A stretch of DNA of 64,000 nucleotides from Eledone cirrhosa (GCA_964016885.1 OZ024756.1:24304001-24368000), one strand, 5' to 3'; positions 1 through 14,076 are shown, counted from the stretch's first letter. Made by a program: numbers and translations. Notes: generated by a model not told the origin, from the letters alone.

Positions 1-627
1 GATCAGGAAAGGGTTAAGTGATAAGTGATTTCTACTAAAAATACATAAAGATTAACACCATAGCTAATGAGAGAGAGAGAGAGGAAGGGGATAGATACTT
101 AGTGAGATAGATAGATAGATACCTAGTGAGTGAGAAAGATATATATATATAGTGTGTGTGTATGTGAGAATATGTTTGTGTATAATAGGGTTGATTCATT
201 AATGGTAAGATCTAGGCTAAGATTAGTAAAAATCAGTAGGCAATACAAATTGTATTATAAGTGGCTTCTCACCAGCTGTGGATTAAAAACTTCAAATGAT
301 GAAAAAACACTAGAATAATTTGTTTACAAATATATAAAAAATATAAAAATATACAATAGATAGAAAACAAAAATAAAAGAAAGACAAGCAATGACATTTA
401 AGAAAAGCAACAGTAAGGAAAAGAGGGGAGTAGCAGTCTCTACACCCTAGTCACCTGTACCCCGTCCTGTGGACCAGTCTGGGTGGTATATCTCACCTGT
501 GGAGTAGTCTGGGTGATATATCTCACCTGTGCCCCCACACCATGGACACAAGGTGACACCCTCTGCTGCAACAGCCACTGTGCCTCCATCCTGCTTCTGT
601 GGAGGAAAAGGAAGCAGTTGGATAAAT

Positions 628-664
<37 letters not shown>

Positions 665-791
665 ATGATGATGATGATATATATACATATATATATGTGT
701 GTGTGTGTGTGTATCCCGGGTTCAATCGGAGGTAGCCACAGTAAGTAAGGTACTCAATACATAACAGAGTATAAATATTTAATATAGAAAT

Positions 792-843
792 GGCTTCTAC
801 AGGACTAGAACTGTTTCATTAGAAGGAAATCATCAGGAAAACC
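792..843 (-). ncRNA. Hammerhead ribozyme-like motif (family A), weakened stems I and II
   Basis: The minus strand reads GGTTTTC-CTGATGA-TTTCCTTCTAAT-GAAACAG-TTCTAGTC-CTGTA-GAAGCC. It is part of a short element at 714-845 flanked by microsatellites. Confidence 0.6.
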
Positions 844-848
844 GTGTG

Positions 849-884
<36 letters not shown>

Positions 885-1034
885 CATACACACACACATA
901 CACACAAATACATCATAATCACCATCAGCATCATCCTTTTTACATGCACTTTTCCGTGCTTCCATGGGTTGGCTGGGTCTTTCCAACATAGCTTCCCTCC
1001 ACCACCTAACTGCATTGTTTCATCATCTCCTCTG

Positions 1035-1073
<39 letters not shown>

Positions 1074-1081
1074 TATACATG

Positions 1082-1187
<106 letters not shown>

Positions 1188-1874
1188 GGCTGCCAACTCG
1201 TTTTCGAGTACGGCCACTACTTTATATCCATGTAGGAGAACCCCTACCGATGCGCTGAACGAGTGTGACTTTTTAGTCCAGCCAGCGACTTGAAAACTCT
1301 GGTACAAACACTACACCTGTGACAATTACTGACACATAGTGCTGGGCCCATGGTACCATGTGACGACAAGTGCAGAGAGATCTCCAGATATAAAGCAATG
1401 CCTGTGCCGTGAAGCTTTTATAGTGAGCAAAGGCACTGCACAAAGCCAGTCCCACTCTCTTAACCAAGATGATATTTACCAAAAAGAAGAACAAGTCAAC
1501 ATCATTGGATACCATCAGGGTTGCAGGTGTTATATCAGAGTTTTCCTTCTCCTAGAATTCTGCCTTGACAAAGGCTAAGGGGTCATCTCTCCTGGTGATT
1601 TTGGATGGCCATTGACTCTTAAGAGCTCCTTTGCCCTTTGACAGGTTTTGTTTTTAGTCCTGCAGGATGTCAAAAGTCACCCTCCTCACCAAGAAACCTT
1701 GGTAGGATTGCCAGTTTAGTCGCCAACGACCCGACCATGAGACACGTTGTACTGGGATACATGTTACCAGTAGCACCAACTGGTGACCTGACATACATAT
1801 ATATATATACATGTATATATATATATATATATATACACATATATATATATAAATGTATATATATATATATATAC

Positions 1875-1908
<34 letters not shown>

Positions 1909-1924
1909 GTATATATATATATAC

Positions 1925-1971
<47 letters not shown>

Positions 1972-2185
1972 TATATAGATATATATATGAAGATGACATG
2001 TATATGTGAAGGTATATATATCTCCTCTGATAATTTATACTATTTTTTTACATAGATCTTTAATGTGATACACATACCAACACATATATATCCCAAAAAC
2101 GATCATAAAATGATGATTTTTTTCAATATAAGGAACCTCTTCTTTGTTTTATTTCATTGTTTTTATTAATTTAATATATATATAA

Positions 2186-2235
<50 letters not shown>

Positions 2236-2563
2236 CGAAGGAAATGTGGTAAGGAACCAGATGGACCATAACGCACCAAAGTATTCAATACTTAGGGTAT
2301 ATTTATATACATATATATAAACATATATATATATATAGAGAGAGAGAGAATAAGAAAATGCGAAGTAGTTTCAGATGTTAAAGTCTTTTATTGATAAGGC
2401 TGTGATACATATTTCAATGATGACAGGGTCCACACAATTCCACGTATCCCGTGCCATGATCTCATCAGACAGCTTCTTACATAATAAGGTTACGTTCTCG
2501 AAGCAATCCAAATTAAAACGACAAGGGAACGGACAAAGATGATGTTCTTGAAGCCTTTGCCCG

Positions 2564-2607
<44 letters not shown>

Positions 2608-4049
2608 TGTGTGTGGGTGGGTGTGTGGGTGGGTGTGTGGGTGGGTGGGTGTGTGGGTGTGTGTGTGTGTTTGTAGCCAGATCATATTAGGGCGTGAAGA
2701 AAGGTCACTATTTTGATGGCCTCTTGTTTTCTGGAGGTATGGTCAAATTTGGACCTAGAAATCTTGGGTAGTGTTTTTGTTCCGTGTATGCACACAAATA
2801 AATAATATTATGATAATTGTTTCTACTTTTGGCACAAGACCAGCAATTACCCCAGTGCATTACTGGTACTTTATGTTAACTACCCCGTAAGGATGAAAGG
2901 CAAAGTTAACCTCGACAGGATTTGAATATATTATATTATGATAATATTATATATTATATATTATATATTATATATTATATATTATAATATAATAATATTA
3001 TGATAATAATAATAATATATATATATCGGATTAAGTTCCAACTTTTGGCTAGGAAAAAAATAAGTATCAGCTTATTACTAGAACAGTTAGTAAATTTAAT
3101 TAAATTCTTCCAAATACTCAATTTTCTAATAATTTTCAAATTTAATTGAAACACATGGGTAGTGTATTTTATTAGAAATATGATAGTGTAACGGTTAAGA
3201 CAGTTGGGTGTAATATGAGGGAGAATTAGCTGCTATATCTAGCAAACTGTGATACCACATGCTGGGCTTTCCCTCTCATTAGCACACTAGTGTTAGAGTG
3301 TACATGTTTAATGATGGAGAATTAGCTGCTATATCTAGCAACCTGAGAGACCACATGCTGGCTCCTCTCATTAGCATATTAGTGTGAGTCTGGACTTGTT
3401 CCATCCAGTTTCCTGTCAAACAGGTGGTGACATGTTTCAGTTTTTCAGTGGTTACTAAAGACTGGATGTAATCATGGCTGAGTGGTCAAGATAGCTTTAC
3501 AGATGTCATCAGAAGAAGCTCTTTGACACTGACACTGCTGCTTTCCCATTACAATTGGTCCTAGCAGCTGCCTCATAGCACACCCTTCTCCCCACCACCA
3601 CTTCCACAGAAGGCAGGCTAACTTTTTTCCCCATTCCAGGATAGTTGGGGGAGTAAATCCTTAATTTGGGATGCCTCAATCTCCGGTACCTACTTCATAC
3701 CTCAGCCCACAAACCAGGGTACCGCAGCAGCCCATAGTACAGAGAGGGGGAAGATAACCCTTCCACAAAGTGTAAATCAGTAATCTAATCAGGGTAACCC
3801 TTTTTTTCCCCATTCAAGGAAAGTAAATATCAATAATCTGTGGTAGCACATGCAGTAACATGTCCAGTACCAACCTCATTATCTGACTGCAGTCCATAGC
3901 ACAGAGGATCAGAAGATAACCAAATACTAGGATTTGATTGATCATTTCCTTTTTGGTGCTAGTTGCTGTTGAGATATCCTCAATTGCTGGATTGCCATTT
4001 CCCTCTGCAAAAATTGAAAGGAGTGTATTTTTCCTGAGGAAGGAACCCA

Positions 4050-4315
4050 TTCTAACCACAGGCCCATAATATAAGAGCTGGGATCTCTCAATTCAGAGAA
4101 GTAGCAGCTCTCTTTGGAGTGACTCTCTGATCTCCTGAGACATTATTACCACAAGCCCACAATATAAGAGCTGGGATCTCCCAATTCAGAGAAGTATCAG
4201 CTCTACTTGGAGTAACTCTCTCATCTGAGACATTCTTACCACAAGCCCATAATATAAGAGCTGTGATCTTTCAAGTCAGAGAAGTAGCAGCTCCACTTGG
4301 AGTGACTCTCTCATC
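4050..4315 (-). mobile_element. Same RTE segment tandemly triplicated on the minus strand
   Basis: Three ~90-bp units CCCA(T/C)AATATAAGAGCTG..TCAGAGAAGTA(G/T)CAGCTC..TTGGAGT(G/A)ACTCTCT, which are the reverse complement of the RTE fragment. Confidence 0.7.
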
Positions 4316-4801
4316 TCTTCTTTTTTACTATTTATTTTTTCTTCCCATTCTTCTTTCTTTTCTTTTTTCTCTCTTTCTGTATATATTTAATTTTTTAAAA
4401 ATACTTTCATTATTGTATTCCTTTTTTCATTAATAAATATTCATTAATCATAGTATCTTAGGAAAATATCTTTTACTGTAGTCTGGGGTTTGTGGGTGAA
4501 ATTTAGTAGGCTGAAACTGTATGGAAGCCCTTTTAGATGGACTGTATCTGTAATTCAAAGGGACAGCTTTGTCACCCACTATACCTCACTGAATCTTCCT
4601 ATGAATTATGTTAAGTTTACACATGTCTGTAGAATACGCAGCCATTTTTAAATTAACCCTTTTGATACCAAACCACCTGAAACAACCACCCCTGGTTCTA
4701 CAATAAAAAAGCCATTTCTTTTAAAATGTTTATATTTATCTAAATACTTTCCATCATAATTTAATTAAGAACCTTTGTTATGTTCTGCCCCAAACACCCA
4801 C

Positions 4802-5362
4802 TTAACCCTTTAGCATTTAAACCAGCCATATCCAGCCATACTTATGTTAAGGTATTGTTCTCAAAATAAATAATATCAAAATCTCATAGATTCAATATTA
4901 TGTGAGATAATTATGTGAGGTCAAACCTTTACCATGAAAACATAATAGTAGATATAGAGTAATGCAAATGCTAAAGGGTTAAACCAGCCATATCCGGCCA
5001 GAATTCTATTACTTTTTTCTGTTCAAACTGGCTGTAACCAGCTGCTCAAACTAATGTTAAGGTATTGTTCTCAAAATAAATAATTGTTTCTACTTTTGGC
5101 ACAAGACCAGCAATTATCCCAGTGCATTACTGGTACTTCATTTTATCGACCCTGTAAGGATGAAAGGCAAAGTTAACCTCTGCGGATTTAAACTCAGACT
5201 GTAAAGGGGCGTAACTCTATGCTGCAAAGCATGGCGTCCAACCCTCTAATTATTGCCAATAAATAATATCAAAATCTCATAGATTCGATATTATGTGAGG
5301 TAAAGCCTTTACCATGAAAATATAATAGTAAATATAGAGTAATATAAAAGCTAAAGGATTAA
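4802..5362. mobile_element. Two tandem copies of TTAA-flanked MITE family B
   Basis: TIR TTAACCCTTTAGCATTT/AAATGCTAAAGGGTTAA; solo copies at 5814-6042 and 23712-23927. Confidence 0.75.
5085..5257 (-). mobile_element. Deu/Nin-domain tRNA SINE with a 10-bp TSD
   Basis: Carries the AACTTTGCCTTTCATCCTTAC(A/G)GGGTCGATAAAAT..GTACCAG core. AATAAATAAT flanks it at 5075-5084 and 5258-5267. Further copies lie at about 2815, 6700, 7515, 11205, 11330, 12540, 12670, 26980, 28675, 29240, 30440, 54075, 54510, 55250 and 55850. Confidence 0.8.
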
Positions 5363-8300
5363 TAATGCGAAATATAGTTATTTTATTAAATCTCTCAAAA
5401 TTCTTGGTTAATTTCAAAATAATTTGAAAAGCCCACAGACAGTGTCTTTCATTAGAAATATGGTGATGAAAGGGTTAATTAATGAGCAGGCAGTGTGGCA
5501 GTCTGGACTTGTTTCATTCAGTGGGCTGTCAACAAGTTGTGACATGTCTGAGTTTTCAGTGGTAACTACAGACTGGGCTGTTTAGGGGCTTATTTTTTAA
5601 AACTTTTTTATGGCTGACCACAAAACTATGCTTTGCAGAAGAGATCTTTCTTGACCATTTTTCATCTGTTTTTCCATGCTGACATGTATTGAACTGCTAG
5701 CATGGATTGACCTGATGGATCTAGGGAAAGTCACAGGGAAAAATTTACAAAAGAAAAAGTCACAAAACAAACACAGTACATGTGCATACAAATATCACAA
5801 ACACACCATTTATTTAACCTTTTAGCATTTAAACCAACCATATCCAGCCAGAATTCTCTCACCTCTTTCTGTTCAAACTGGCTGTAACCAGCCACTCATA
5901 CTAATGTTAAGGTATTGTTCTCAAAATAAATAATATCAAAATCTCATAGATTTGACGCTAAGTAAGATAATTATGTGAGATAAAGCCTTTACTGTGAAAA
6001 TACAAAAGTAAATATAGAGTAATGTAAATGCTAAAGAGTTAATAGCTATTTTCCATGCTTGCATGGGTTAGACAGGCTGCCACACACTGAGGTTAGACTA
6101 ATCAGGTGATCATGTCTTGCTCGTATATTCCATTTCTGGCTTGGTTTCTAAGGTTAGATGCCCTTCTTAACACCAACCACTTTACAGTGTATGCTAGAAG
6201 CATTTTATCATGACTCCAGCCCAGTACTACCACTTTATGAGGTGAACTGTTTTTTTTTTTTGTTATATCACCAACCTTGCAGAGCGGACTGGGGTTTTGC
6301 ATCATGGCATCACTATGGGCTGCATTTTATTGTGGCACCAGCACTACCTCATTACAATTATGTGGTCTTGAACAAGTGTATTCTACTATAGCATCAGGCC
6401 AACCAATGCATTGTGAGTGAATTTGGTAGATACAAAATTATAAAGAAAGCTGTCATGTGTGTGTGCAAGTATGTATGTTATATTTATATATATACAATAG
6501 TTTACTCAGTCCCTATCATTCCACTGCAAAGTGGTCGTGGAGGTGCCACGGCAAAAAAGCACCCAGCACTCACTGTAAATGAGGTTGGTGTTAGGAAGGG
6601 CATCCAGCTGTAGAAATCAAGCCAGAATCAGTTCCCGTCCCACCCTTGCAAGCAGGGGAAAAGCGGACGTAAAATGAAATGATGATGAATGATGAATAGC
6701 AATACAGTCGTTAGAACATCAGATAGAATGCTTTGTGGTGTTCATTCCTGCTTTCTGTTCTCTTAGGTCAAATCCTGCGTGAGGTCAACTTTGCCTTTCA
6801 TCCATTTGAGGTGGATAAAAAAGTACCAGTCAAGTACAAAGGTCGATTCTTCCTCACTTCCATTCTCTCATTCTCTCTATCTTTCTCTGGAAGAAATCTG
6901 CAGTTTTCGGACATGGAGAGGAGATGGGCTCTGCCAAGTTTTTAAAATGTCCTAGAAACGGCGAATCTCAATATGGTGCCACTACAAGTCCCTTGGGAGT
7001 TATGGGACCGTTCATACAATAAGGGTAAATGTGAAGGTCCAATGTAGATGTTAAACATTTTTTTATTTGTGAATCTGTGATACATATTTTAATGGCGATA
7101 AAGTAACCATTCACAAAATAAAATTTTATGTAGGAACCTTTGTTAAGTTATGCTCCAAGCATTAGCTATATGAGAAAGTTATTTACATTACTCAATCCCT
7201 TCAAATACTTGATTAGTTAAAAAGATATATGAAAATGATAGGCAGTGTTTCTCATTTAAGATATGGTTATGAAAGGGTTACAGTGTATATATTCAACTAA
7301 AATATAACATCATAATTTTACAAGTTATGGTCCAAACACCAACTTGATAATGAGAAAGATAGTGATATTATTAAATCCCTCCAAATTCTTAATTATTTAA
7401 AAAACTATTTGAAAATCATAGGGCAGTATTTTTCTTTAGAAATATGATAATAAAATAGTTAAGATGTATATATTCATCTAAAAACTTTCCATTATAATTT
7501 TATGTCCCTTTATGATCTGAGTTCAAATCCCGCCGAGGTTAACTTTGCCTTTCATCCTTACGAGGTTGATAAAATAAAATACCAGTAATGTACTGGGTAA
7601 TTGCTGGCCTTGTGCCTAAAAATAGAAACAATTATAATTTTATGTAAGAACCATTGTTAAGTTATGTTCCAAACACCAGCTTAAAATGAGAAAGTTAGTT
7701 ACTAAATATCCCACAAATTCTTAATTATTTTCCAATTTATTTGAAAACCATAGACAGTAACTTTCTTTAGAAGCATGGTAAAGAAAGGGTTAATGTATAT
7801 GTATTTATCTGAAAACTTTCCATCATAATTTTATGTAAGAACCTTTGTTATGTTCCAAACACCAGCTTAATAAAGAGGAAGTTTGTTATATTACTAAATC
7901 CCTCAGAATTCTTCATTATTCTTAAAACTATTTGAGAATCATAGATAGTATTAGACAGTGTTTTTCTTTAGAAATATAGTAGTAAAAGGGTTCATTCTTA
8001 GCTCTTGGACCATAGATCCTCATGTTTTCTTTCCTGTTTAGAAAGAATGCCATGAACAATAGCATTTCTAAAATACCTCTCTATTTTAGTCAAATTCTTT
8101 CAAAGTAAACCTTAAACAAACACAGCGGGTGGTATCTTTCAAATGAAACCTTAATTGATTTAACAGTTTCAAATGGTAAATTTCAAAAATACATCCAACA
8201 TTAACTTAACTAGGTCAGTTAGATTTTTATTGTTTTTTGAGGGGAGGGTTTTGTTTTGTATTTTTTTTTATTTATATTTTTTTTTCTAGACTTTGACCAC

Positions 8301-8949
8301 AGGGGTAGATTGGATGGGGTGGATAGATAGGGGTCTTTTCAAACATGCTTCTGTTTAGAGATTAAAAACTTAATGATGACTACAATGATGATAATGATGA
8401 TGATTATGAGGATGACAATGATGATGATGATAATGATGGTCATCATCATCATCATAATCATTACTATGAATTAAATTAACATTTACTACTGTATAACTAC
8501 CAACCGCCACCACCACTACCACTTCCAACATCCTAAACCAACAACCAACACCACCGCCCTACCAGCCATGACTACCACTAACCAACACAACTACCAACAC
8601 CAAGAATAACAATACCCCATCATCATCAATTGCCATCACCACCAACAACACCATCACCCTAAACATCCTACCAACCACCATCATCACCAATCACCCCTAC
8701 TCCCACCACCCTAATCACCCTTCCAACCACCTCCAACAACACTGGGAAAGATTTTTTTAAAGAAATATCCCTATGTAAATTTAAATATCTTCTTTTTTGT
8801 TTTAAAGAGAAAAATATATTTTATTTCAAAATACTCAAATATTAGGATAAAATAATAAAGAATTTAATATTTAATCTTTTTCACTTCCCTTACCATTTTG
8901 CAGTTTTGGTGGTCTTATTCGCACCAGTCACCAATCTGGTACTTTCTCA

Positions 8950-9270
8950 AAACTGCAAATACAAGCGGCCGAAATGGGGTTCCTCCGAAGAGTCTTTGGA
9001 GTAACATTACTCGATAACATGTGTAGCGCAGAGATCAAAGAGTCACTCCAGGTAGAGCTGCTACTTCTCCAAATTGAGAGATCACAGTTCCAATACTATG
9101 GGCATATGGTTAGAATGTCTCAGGAAAGAATCGCTGGACAGATTTTATGAGCAAAACCAGCCTGTAGGAGACCCAGGGGTAGACCTCCAAGCAAGATGGT
9201 TGGATAATATTCATGAGCTCGGCTGATTTTGCTTGGGGATCCAGCTTGATCAGTTGGAGACACTTCTGCC
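8950..9270 (+). mobile_element. RTE-clade LINE 3' fragment (decayed)
   Basis: Translates LQIQAAEMGFLRRVFGVTLLDN..LLLQIERSQFQYYGHMVRMSQERIAGQIL*AKP..RRPRGRP, typical of RTE C-termini. Confidence 0.85.
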
Positions 9271-10224
9271 AGACTTATTGACATCAATAGTAACTTGTTG
9301 ATTTCTATGTTGTTGTTGTTGTTATTGATGTTATTGGTGACATTGTTATTGTTGCATGGTCATTGTTGATGTTGATGTTGTGGTAATTGATGTTGTAGTC
9401 ATTATTGTTGTTGATGTTATTTGTGTTGCTGATGTTATTATTGTTGTCATTGTTTTTGTTGTTAGTGGGTAGTGGTTGTGGAGGAGGAGGGGAGGAGGGG
9501 GAGGGGGGGAGAAGAAGAAGAAGATCATCAACAACATCAACAGCAAGAGGTGTCATCAGCAATATTTTGATAGTGGGATCCATGGCTGTTTGAAAACAGC
9601 ATGTTTCAGTCACATGACACAATGAGGGAGGAGGAGTAGAAGAGGTTCTGTTGAATTTGCCAAACTACCTTAAAATATATTAACAACAACAACAACAACA
9701 AAAAGAACAGCCAGCTTCAAAACTTCTAACCAAAGGTCAGTTCAGCCAATAAACACAATAATAAGTTGACCTCCATCTTTCTCTCCATTACTTGTATTCC
9801 TTTTTCCTTTCCCTCCTTTCTTTCTTTATTCTTCTTTTCCCTTCTTTCTTTCTCTCCATTCATCTTGCTCTTTCCTTCTTTTCTTTTTTTCTTCCTTCTT
9901 TGTTTCATACTTAACCACAACCCCACAACCACCCCCACATAACCACCACACAATACATACACTCTACATTTAATTTTCAAAAGACACAGCACTGCTGGTT
10001 GGTCATTGTGATTGGTCAGTTGTTGGACTTTGACCAGTTATACTCAGTCTTCTCATTGGTTGAAATATTTCTGAATGAAGGGAGGAGGAGAGACTGTTTC
10101 ATTGGGACTTTAAATAAACACTGAAGATTTGATAGAAAAAGAGAACATTTTTTCTTTTCTTTTTTCTTTTAATCAAATCAAATTCTGTCTCAACCTCATT
10201 TAAATAATAATAAAAGGTGTGTGT

Positions 10225-10260
<36 letters not shown>

Positions 10261-10404
10261 CACACACACACATACACATACACTCACACATATATATATT
10301 CAAGTGGACATGTTGACCAAGAGACAGTTTATTTGGGAGTCTTCATCTGACAACAACCACACTATAAAATAATAAAGTAGGAGAAAGTTTTTTGAGGAAA
10401 TAGC

Positions 10405-10945
10405 AATAAACAATAACTATAATAATACATCAACAACAACAGCAGCAGCAACAACAATAGCAACAACAACAACAGCAACAACAACATCAGCAACAATAAC
10501 AGCAACAACATCAGCAACAGTAACAAACAACAACAACAATAACATCAGCAACAGCAGCAACAATAACAGCAACAACATCAGCAACAACAGCAGCAACAAT
10601 AACAGCAACAACATCAGCAACAATAACAAACAACAACAACAATAACATCAATAACAGCAGCAACAATAACAGCAACAACAATAACAGCAGCAACAACAGC
10701 AACAATAATAGAAACAACCACAACAACAACAGTAGCAACAACAACAACAATAACAGTAGCAACAACAACAACAACAACAATAACAGTAGCAACAACAACA
10801 ACAACAACAATAGCAACATCAGCAACAACAGCAAAACATCAGCAATAATAACAACATCAGCAACAACAATATCAGAAGCAATAACAACAATATCAGCAAT
10901 AACAACAATATCAGCAACAATAACAATAACAACAACAGTAACACA
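10405..10945. repeat. Compound (CAA/CAG/TAA)n trinucleotide array
   Basis: Direct inspection; it produces the poly-Leu/Val ORFs on the minus strand. Confidence 0.95.
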
Positions 10946-13117
10946 ATTGACACTGAGCAACTAAAATATATATTTTCTACTTGATACATTTGCCCCAAAA
11001 ACAGAAATGAACTCTAAATATCACTTTAAATTTTAGATATTTTTTCATCCATGTTTCACCTTTCATGAAATTGAGAAGAAAATTATTTTACCCAAAGCAA
11101 ATAACATCATTTATAAACAATTGTAAGTATAACCAAAAATGATGTTTTTTCATTTCTAAATTAGCCTTCTTAATGTTTTGTTAGTTTTGTAAGTGTTTTG
11201 TTATTGGGGTCGATAAAATAAAGCACCAGTAATGCACTGGGGTAGATTTAATCGACTTTCCCCTCCACTTCAAATTGCTGGCCTTGTGCCTAAAGTAGAA
11301 ACAATTATTATTATTATAGAGTGGTGGATTGGCAGTTGGCAGTATCGGTAGACTGTGGGACAACATGCTTCATGGCATGGAGTTACAGCTCTTTTCATTC
11401 TAATTACAAATCCCACAGAGGTTAGCTTTGCCTTTCAACTTTACGGGGTCAATAAAATAAAGTACCAGTAAAATACTGGTATGAATTTAATCAACTTTCA
11501 TCTCCTCCCCAAATTGCTGGCCATGTGCCTATATTAGAAATCATTATTCAGGACAATTGATTCACGTCTCTGGCACCAATGCACTGTGGAGCAACACTTC
11601 AAAGCTATTGTGTGGCAACATTTTGATATGCATGGCACCAATGCACCAACATTGCAGCAACAATTCTAATCTAAAGTGTGGCAACATTTTGAACTGTATG
11701 GCTGCACACTCACGCAGCTTCCAGAGAAAGGTTACCTCCAAATGTGCACACACAAATATGTTTGTTTATGCTATAAGGAATGGTTAAATAGTTAATAAAT
11801 TTTCTTTGCACCCATGATGCCTTAAATTGATTAATTCCACCACATGATATTTGTGGTATCTTATGCCATAGCCTTGGGTTGATCAATGCAATAGGAGTGA
11901 AATCTGGTAGATGGACTGCATTTAATCCAACTATATAGGGAAAGCGGATGCTAAAATGACAATGAAATATATATATATATATACATATAATGCTGAATAA
12001 ACCAAAGTTTTTTAATGAAATCGATCTTTAATCTCAACAATTTACTCAAATTCCTGCTTGTTGTCAACCTCAAGTGTGTATTAGACTATTTTCTGTTGTC
12101 AAAATATACAACAAAGTTACTAATTCAATTTAATTTTAAAATCCCACTGTCGTTTTCTAATCACGTAATGTTAAATTTGTAACATTTGCGCGATGTAAAA
12201 GTCTTTTTCTATGTAGAGATTTATAAAAGAAAAGAAAATCACCTTTTTCCCCACCGCATACCAAGGAATAAAGGGAAGCAACTCATCTTTTGTTTTTTTT
12301 TAGTAAACATGAACAAATTTTATCCTTGACCGGTGGTTTAAATTATGAACACTAGAAGAAAAAACAAAGAGGTGGTGACAGCTGGAATGATTTTGATCGT
12401 AGGTCTACCTGATCAGCGCTAACCTGTACTAAAGTTTGCTAAAAATAAGTAAATATGTACAAACACAATAGTGTGTCCAGCATGGGATTTTCTCATTCTA
12501 GTAAATTCAGAAATATATTAATTTTTACTTAAACAACCAATAGACAAATGTATCTTGCTCTATTTAGTTATGTACCTTTACATTCTAGGTTCAAATCCTA
12601 CTAGTTTTTAACGCTCTGCATTTTAACTTTTTGGGGTTGATTAAAACATAGTCCAGTCAAACTCCTGGGGGAGTCATAGGGGCACTTTTAAACCTGGTGG
12701 AACACATCCCTTCACCCAACAGATTTCTTCCAGAGAAGAGGAGAGAAAGTGAGAGAATGGAAGTGAGAAAGAGACATAGAGAAAGAATCGACCCCCAGTA
12801 CTAGACTGGTACTTTTTTATCAACCTCGAGTGTATGAAAGGCAAAGTTGACCTCAGCAGGATTTGAATTCAGAGAGCAGAGAACTGGAACAAATACCGGA
12901 AAGCAATCTATTTGACGATCTAACGACTCTGCCAATTCACCCAGTCAAATACAGGGCATCAAATAGACTTACTATATCCTCCACCCAGCAGAGAAGGGTG
13001 GATAGCAATCCTTTGCCCAGCAGAGAAGGCTGGATAGCAATCCTTTGCCCAGCAGAGAAGGCTGGATGAGTTCAGAAAGAGGAAGATGGAAATAGAGCTA
13101 GTGATAAATGTTGGGAA

Positions 13118-13148
<31 letters not shown>

Positions 13149-13412
13149 TATAGAGTCAGGGCCCGACGTCTGAGCTCTTGCCGTTTGGCAAGCCCTCCCC
13201 TCCCCCCTTCACATACACACTCTCTAATATCCCAAGTATCCAGTACTCTGCTGAATAATGGTCTAACTAGTTTAAAACTGGTAAAATCCTGATTTATATA
13301 TACATACATTTTATTTATTTATTTGAGTTCCAATCAAGGGGCTGAGGCCAGGCTGGGGCACCGTCACTGATACTACACTTTCTATAGCCAGCCTTCCCTG
13401 GTTGGCCATTAA

Positions 13413-13448
<36 letters not shown>

Positions 13449-13561
13449 GAGAGAGAGAGAGAGAGAGAGGTAGACCACTGGAAGGTAATAGCCATAGTGG
13501 TAGAACACTCAGTCCATGGGACGAGTTTGGTAGAAGTAGTAACAACAGTTAGTTCACTATA

Positions 13562-13602
13562 CCGAGAACAATTGTTTCACCTTATGCAAATCTTCAGCTC
13601 GG
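13562..13602 (-). ncRNA. Inverted partner hammerhead (family B)
   Basis: The minus strand reads CCGAG-CTGAAGA-TTTGCATAAGGT-GAAACAATTGTT-CTCGG, with a weaker stem II. Confidence 0.55.
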
Positions 13603-13641
13603 ACTGGTCATGGTTATACGGCCTGTATAACCATGACCAGT

Positions 13642-13682
13642 CCGAGCTGAAGATCCACATAAGGTGAAACAATTGTTCTCGG
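13642..13682 (+). ncRNA. Minimal type I hammerhead (family B) with palindromic stem III
   Basis: CCGAG-CTGAAGA-TCCACATAAGGT-GAAAC-AATT-GTT-CTCGG. Stem I is CCGAG/CTCGG and AACAATTGTT is self-complementary. Confidence 0.65.
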
Positions 13683-13740
13683 TAATGTGAACTAAATGTT
13701 GTTACTATTTCTATATATATTATGAATATATATATTATAT

Positions 13741-14076
13741 GGAGGCATATGGCTTAGTGGTTAGAGCATTGGCCTTGCAATCGAAAGGTTGTGAGTTCAA
13801 TTCTCAGACTGGGTGATGTGTTGTTTCCTTGAGCAAGGCACTTTATTTCACATTGCTCCAGTTTACTCAGCTGTAGAAATGAGATGATAGGGACTGGGGT
13901 CCCTATCATTCCACTGCAAAGTGGTTGTGGAGGTGCCACAGCAAAAAAGCACCCAGCACTCACTGTAAATGAGGTTGGTGTTAGGAAGGGCATCCAGCTG
14001 TAGAAATCAAGCCAGAATCAGTTCCCGTCCCACCCTTGCAAGCAGGGAAAAAGCGGACGTAAAATGAAATGATGAT
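13741..14076 (+). mobile_element. Composite tRNA-head SINE with RTE-type tail
   Basis: A box TGGCTTAGTGG and B-box-like GAGTTCAATTC; tail AGGAAGGGCATCCAGCTGTAGAAA..CGGACGTAAAATGAAATGATGA. Confidence 0.85.

Larger units (their letters stand above)
4653..5478. mobile_element. TTAA-flanked MITE (family A) hosting nested insertions
   Basis: TTAA-CCCTTT...AAAGGG-TTAA ends (piggyBac-like). Related fragments lie at ~3030-3198, 7110-7995 (tandem), 21990-22325, 25835-25920 and 57718-58390. Confidence 0.65.
13470..13713. mobile_element. Penelope-like pseudo-LTR remnant (family B) as an inverted pair
   Basis: A near-perfect inverted repeat at 13531-13713 around a 5-nt loop (13620-13624), with one hammerhead motif per arm. 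A homologous copy lies at 52315-52490. It is flanked by (GA)n and (TA)n. Confidence 0.65.

Noticed and set aside
447-600. CPWCGGTG as a DnaJ-type zinc-finger motif
   Set aside because: It is a single motif with no partner exons found, and it lies in a segment that overlaps a dispersed repeat and a short local duplication.
2480-2560. LEAIQIK as a Penelope GIY-YIG remnant
   Set aside because: Too short, and preceded by in-frame stops; it cannot be supported without a profile search.
10417-10960. Poly-Leu/Val membrane-like ORFs
   Set aside because: Antisense reading of a trinucleotide microsatellite.
13741-13815. tRNA gene
   Set aside because: A/B boxes are present, but there is no complete cloverleaf and it continues into a SINE body found in multiple copies.
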